Assembly (NCBI GenBank): GCA_964573245.1
Contig: CAZNJA010000008.1
Coordinates: forward strand, 19,484-38,832
Direction: 5' to 3'
DNA: 19,349 bases
Source: an uncultured bacterium
GTDB lineage: Bacteria > CAIJMQ01
Numbering within the stretch: the stretch's first letter is position 1; every line of letters begins with the position of its first letter. Position numbers and translations under genes: made by a program. Positions 17,668 through 19,349 of the stretch are shown piece by piece. The notes below the pieces were generated by a model. The model made no database searches, had not been told where the DNA came from, and worked only from the letters and a program-made list of their open reading frames with translations.

Positions 17668-18867
17668 TCATTTAATCACTTCACTGACAACGCCAGCGCC
17701 CACAGTATGGCCGCCTTCTCTTATAGCAAACCTTAATCCTTTTTCCATCGCTATCGGCGCTATCAGTTTCACATCCATCATTATGTTGTCCCCAGGCATT
17801 ACCATTTCTACGTCTTTGGGCAGTGTCGCTGTGCCGGTCACGTCTGTGGTCCTGAAATAGAATTGCGGCCTGTATCCAGAGAAAAACGGTGTGTGTCTGC
17901 CCCCTTCTTCTTTTGTCAGTATGTATACTTGGCCTTTGAATTCGCTATGCGGGGTTATGCTGCCGGGCGCTGCCAGCACTTGGCCTCTTGATACGTCGTC
18001 TTTTTCTACTCCTCTAAGCAGAACTCCCACATTGTCCCCAGCTTCGCCGTAGTCAAGGATTTTCCTGAACATTTCTATGCCTGTTGCTACTGTTTTCTTT
18101 ATGTCTAAGCTTAAGCCGACTATGTCTATGTCATCACCTGTTTTTATTTTGCCTCGTTCTATTCTGCCGGTTACTACCGTTCCCCTTCCGGTTATCGTAA
18201 AGATGTCTTCTATCGCCATCAGAAATGGTTTGTCGGTTTCCCGTTTGGGGCTGGGAATGTAGGAGTCTACGGCATCAAGTAGTTCGTAGACGCTTTTGCA
18301 CTCGGCGCTTGCTACATCAGCAGATTGGATGCATTTTAGGGCACTGCCCTTTATTATCGGTATTTCGTCACCGGGAAATTCGTATTTCTTTAATAGGTCC
18401 CGTACTTCTAACTCTACCAGCTCTAATAGCTCGGGATCTGTTACTTGGTCGGTTTTGTTTAGGTATACTACCATTGCAGGCACTCCTACTTGCCTTGCAA
18501 GAAGGATGTGTTCTCGTGTCTGCGGCATCGGCCCGTCTGCTGCTGATACTACCAGTATCGCACCGTCCATTTGCGCCGCGCCGGTTATCATGTTTTTTAT
18601 GTAGTCGGCATGACCGGGACAATCTATATGCGCATAATGTCGTTTATCTGTCTCGTATTCTATGTGCGCGATGTTGATTGTTAATCCACGCTCTTTTTCT
18701 TCAGGCGCTTTGTCGATTTCGTCTACCGTGAATTCTTTGTCTGTCAATCCCTTCTTCGACAAAACTTTTGTTATTGCCGATGTCAATGTTGTCTTGCCGT
18801 GGTCTACGTGCCCTATCGTACCTATGTTTATATGCGGTTTCTTTCTCTCAAATTTCTCTTTTGCCAT
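17668..18867 (-). CDS. tuf: Elongation factor Tu (copy downstream of tRNA-Thr)
   Basis: Protein identical to 1443-2642; TGA stop. Confidence 0.99.
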   Translation of the reverse strand: MAKEKFERKKPHINIGTIGHVDHGKTTLTSAITKVLSKKGLTDKEFTVDEIDKAPEEKERGLTINIAHIEYETDKRHYAHIDCPGHADYIKNMITGAAQMDGAILVVSAADGPMPQTREHILLARQVGVPAMVVYLNKTDQVTDPELLELVELEVRDLLKKYEFPGDEIPIIKGSALKCIQSADVASAECKSVYELLDAVDSYIPSPKRETDKPFLMAIEDIFTITGRGTVVTGRIERGKIKTGDDIDIVGLSLDIKKTVATGIEMFRKILDYGEAGDNVGVLLRGVEKDDVSRGQVLAAPGSITPHSEFKGQVYILTKEEGGRHTPFFSGYRPQFYFRTTDVTGTATLPKDVEMVMPGDNIMMDVKLIAPIAMEKGLRFAIREGGHTVGAGVVSEVIK

Positions 18868-18930
18868 TTTTTTTGCCCTCCCCTATTTGGAATATTAAAA
18901 CAAATTTTTGTTTTATTCTTTACTTTATCG

Positions 18931-19003
18931 AGCTACTGACCGGGATTGAACCGGTGACCTCATCCTTACCAAGGATGCGCTCTGCCAACTGAGCTACAGT
19001 AGC
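18931..19003 (-). tRNA. tRNA-Thr (GGT)
   Basis: GCTACTG acceptor stem, CATCC-TTGGTAA-GGATG anticodon arm, GGTTCAATCCC T-arm. CCA tail not encoded. Confidence 0.97.
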
Positions 19004-19017
19004 AAAAAAAGCGCTAC

Positions 19018-19045
19018 ATTATACTAAAACAGCAGTATATGTCAA
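19018..19045 (-). promoter_or_regulatory. Consensus sigma70 promoter for tRNA-Thr/tuf
   Basis: TTGACA (19045-19040), 16-nt spacer, TATAAT (19023-19018), then GC-rich GTAGCGC, 14 nt upstream of the tRNA. Confidence 0.85.
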
Positions 19046-19055
19046 GCGTTTAATT

Positions 19056-19266
19056 GTGATTACACCGATTTTACCCTAGAAATCTGCCCTCTGCAATTTG
19101 AAAAATTGCGAGGACTGAGTCCCTGAAATTGCTTTTGCAATTTCTAGGGGGAAGATTTCAGGAACTTTGGTCCTTGAAATTCTAAGAATTTCTAAGGGTA
19201 AAAGATTACACTGATTAAAAATTTGCTTTATCTGTGTAATCTCGCTTTCATAATCTGTGTAATCAC
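19056..19266. repeat. GATTACACNGAT direct and inverted repeat element enclosing palindromic copy C
   Basis: gtgattacaccgatt (19056-19070) and gattacactgatt (19204-19216); inverted copies atctgtgtaatc (19230-19241) and aatctgtgtaatcac (19252-19266). Confidence 0.75.
19074..19198. repeat. Nested two-hairpin palindromic elements, copy C (inner unit 19087-19150)
   Basis: Outer unit: ccctagaaatct...agatttcagg-aactttggt-ccttgaaattc-taa-gaatttctaaggg. Inner unit: ccctctgcaattt-gaa-aaattgcgagg-actgagt-ccctgaaattgc-tttt-gcaatttctagggg. Confidence 0.85.
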
Positions 19267-19278
19267 CATAAGTTTAAG

Positions 19279-19349
19279 AGCGGGTGAGCGGAATCGAACC
19301 GCCATAGACAGCTTGGAAGGCTGCGACACTACCATTGTGCTACACCCGC
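19279..19349 (-). tRNA. tRNA-Gly (TCC)
   Basis: GCGGGTG acceptor stem, GCAC/GTGT D-stem, CAGC-CTTCCAA-GCTG anticodon arm, GGTTCGATTCC T-arm. CCA tail not encoded; 5' end is at the window edge. Confidence 0.96.

Noticed and set aside
17294-17670. UGA recoding (alternative genetic code)
   Set aside because: TGA ends tuf and rpsJ at their expected C-termini, the genes read through without internal TGA, and the tRNA anticodons are standard.
1443-18867. tuf direct repeats as the ends of a mobile element
   Set aside because: This is the usual two-tuf arrangement around essential genes, with no integrase or transposase.
330-18992. Numerous plus-strand ORFs and short alternative-frame ORFs in the track
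   Set aside because: Nearly all lie antisense to or inside conserved genes and have no recognisable motifs; those over tuf are duplicated only because tuf is.
19072-19200. TA target-site duplication around copy C
   Set aside because: TA flanks both sides here, but the other copies have TA/CA, TG/CG and TG/GA flanks, so no consistent duplication is supported.
19056-19266. CRISPR array interpretation of the repeats
   Set aside because: The units are inverted, nested and degenerate, with no regular unique spacers and no cas genes.

Overview
AT-rich bacterial core locus with every real gene on the minus strand. Order in the direction of transcription: tRNA-Gly(TCC), tRNA-Thr(GGT), tuf, rpmG (missed by the ORF track), tRNA-Trp(CCA), secE, nusG, rplK, rplA, rplJ, rplL, one fused rpoB-rpoC ORF (~2644 aa), rpsL, rpsG, fusA, a second tuf, rpsJ, rplC and the 5' part of rplD. 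The gene order is ordinary; the details are not. (1) Beta and beta' are one polypeptide, and the junction is a single G away from two normal overlapping genes. (2) The catalytic NADFDGD motif reads GADFDGD. (3) The spacers hold several families of short palindromic elements: a bulged two-hairpin REPIN/MITE-like unit nested within itself, a 17-nt hairpin that supplies the Shine-Dalgarno (SD) of both rpsG and rplK, and a CCTGCC-type palindrome that also appears as a 9-codon in-frame insert in beta'. (4) The two tuf copies differ only near their 5' ends and at the stop codon. No transposase, CRISPR array or rRNA is present. The taxon cannot be fixed from the sequence alone.
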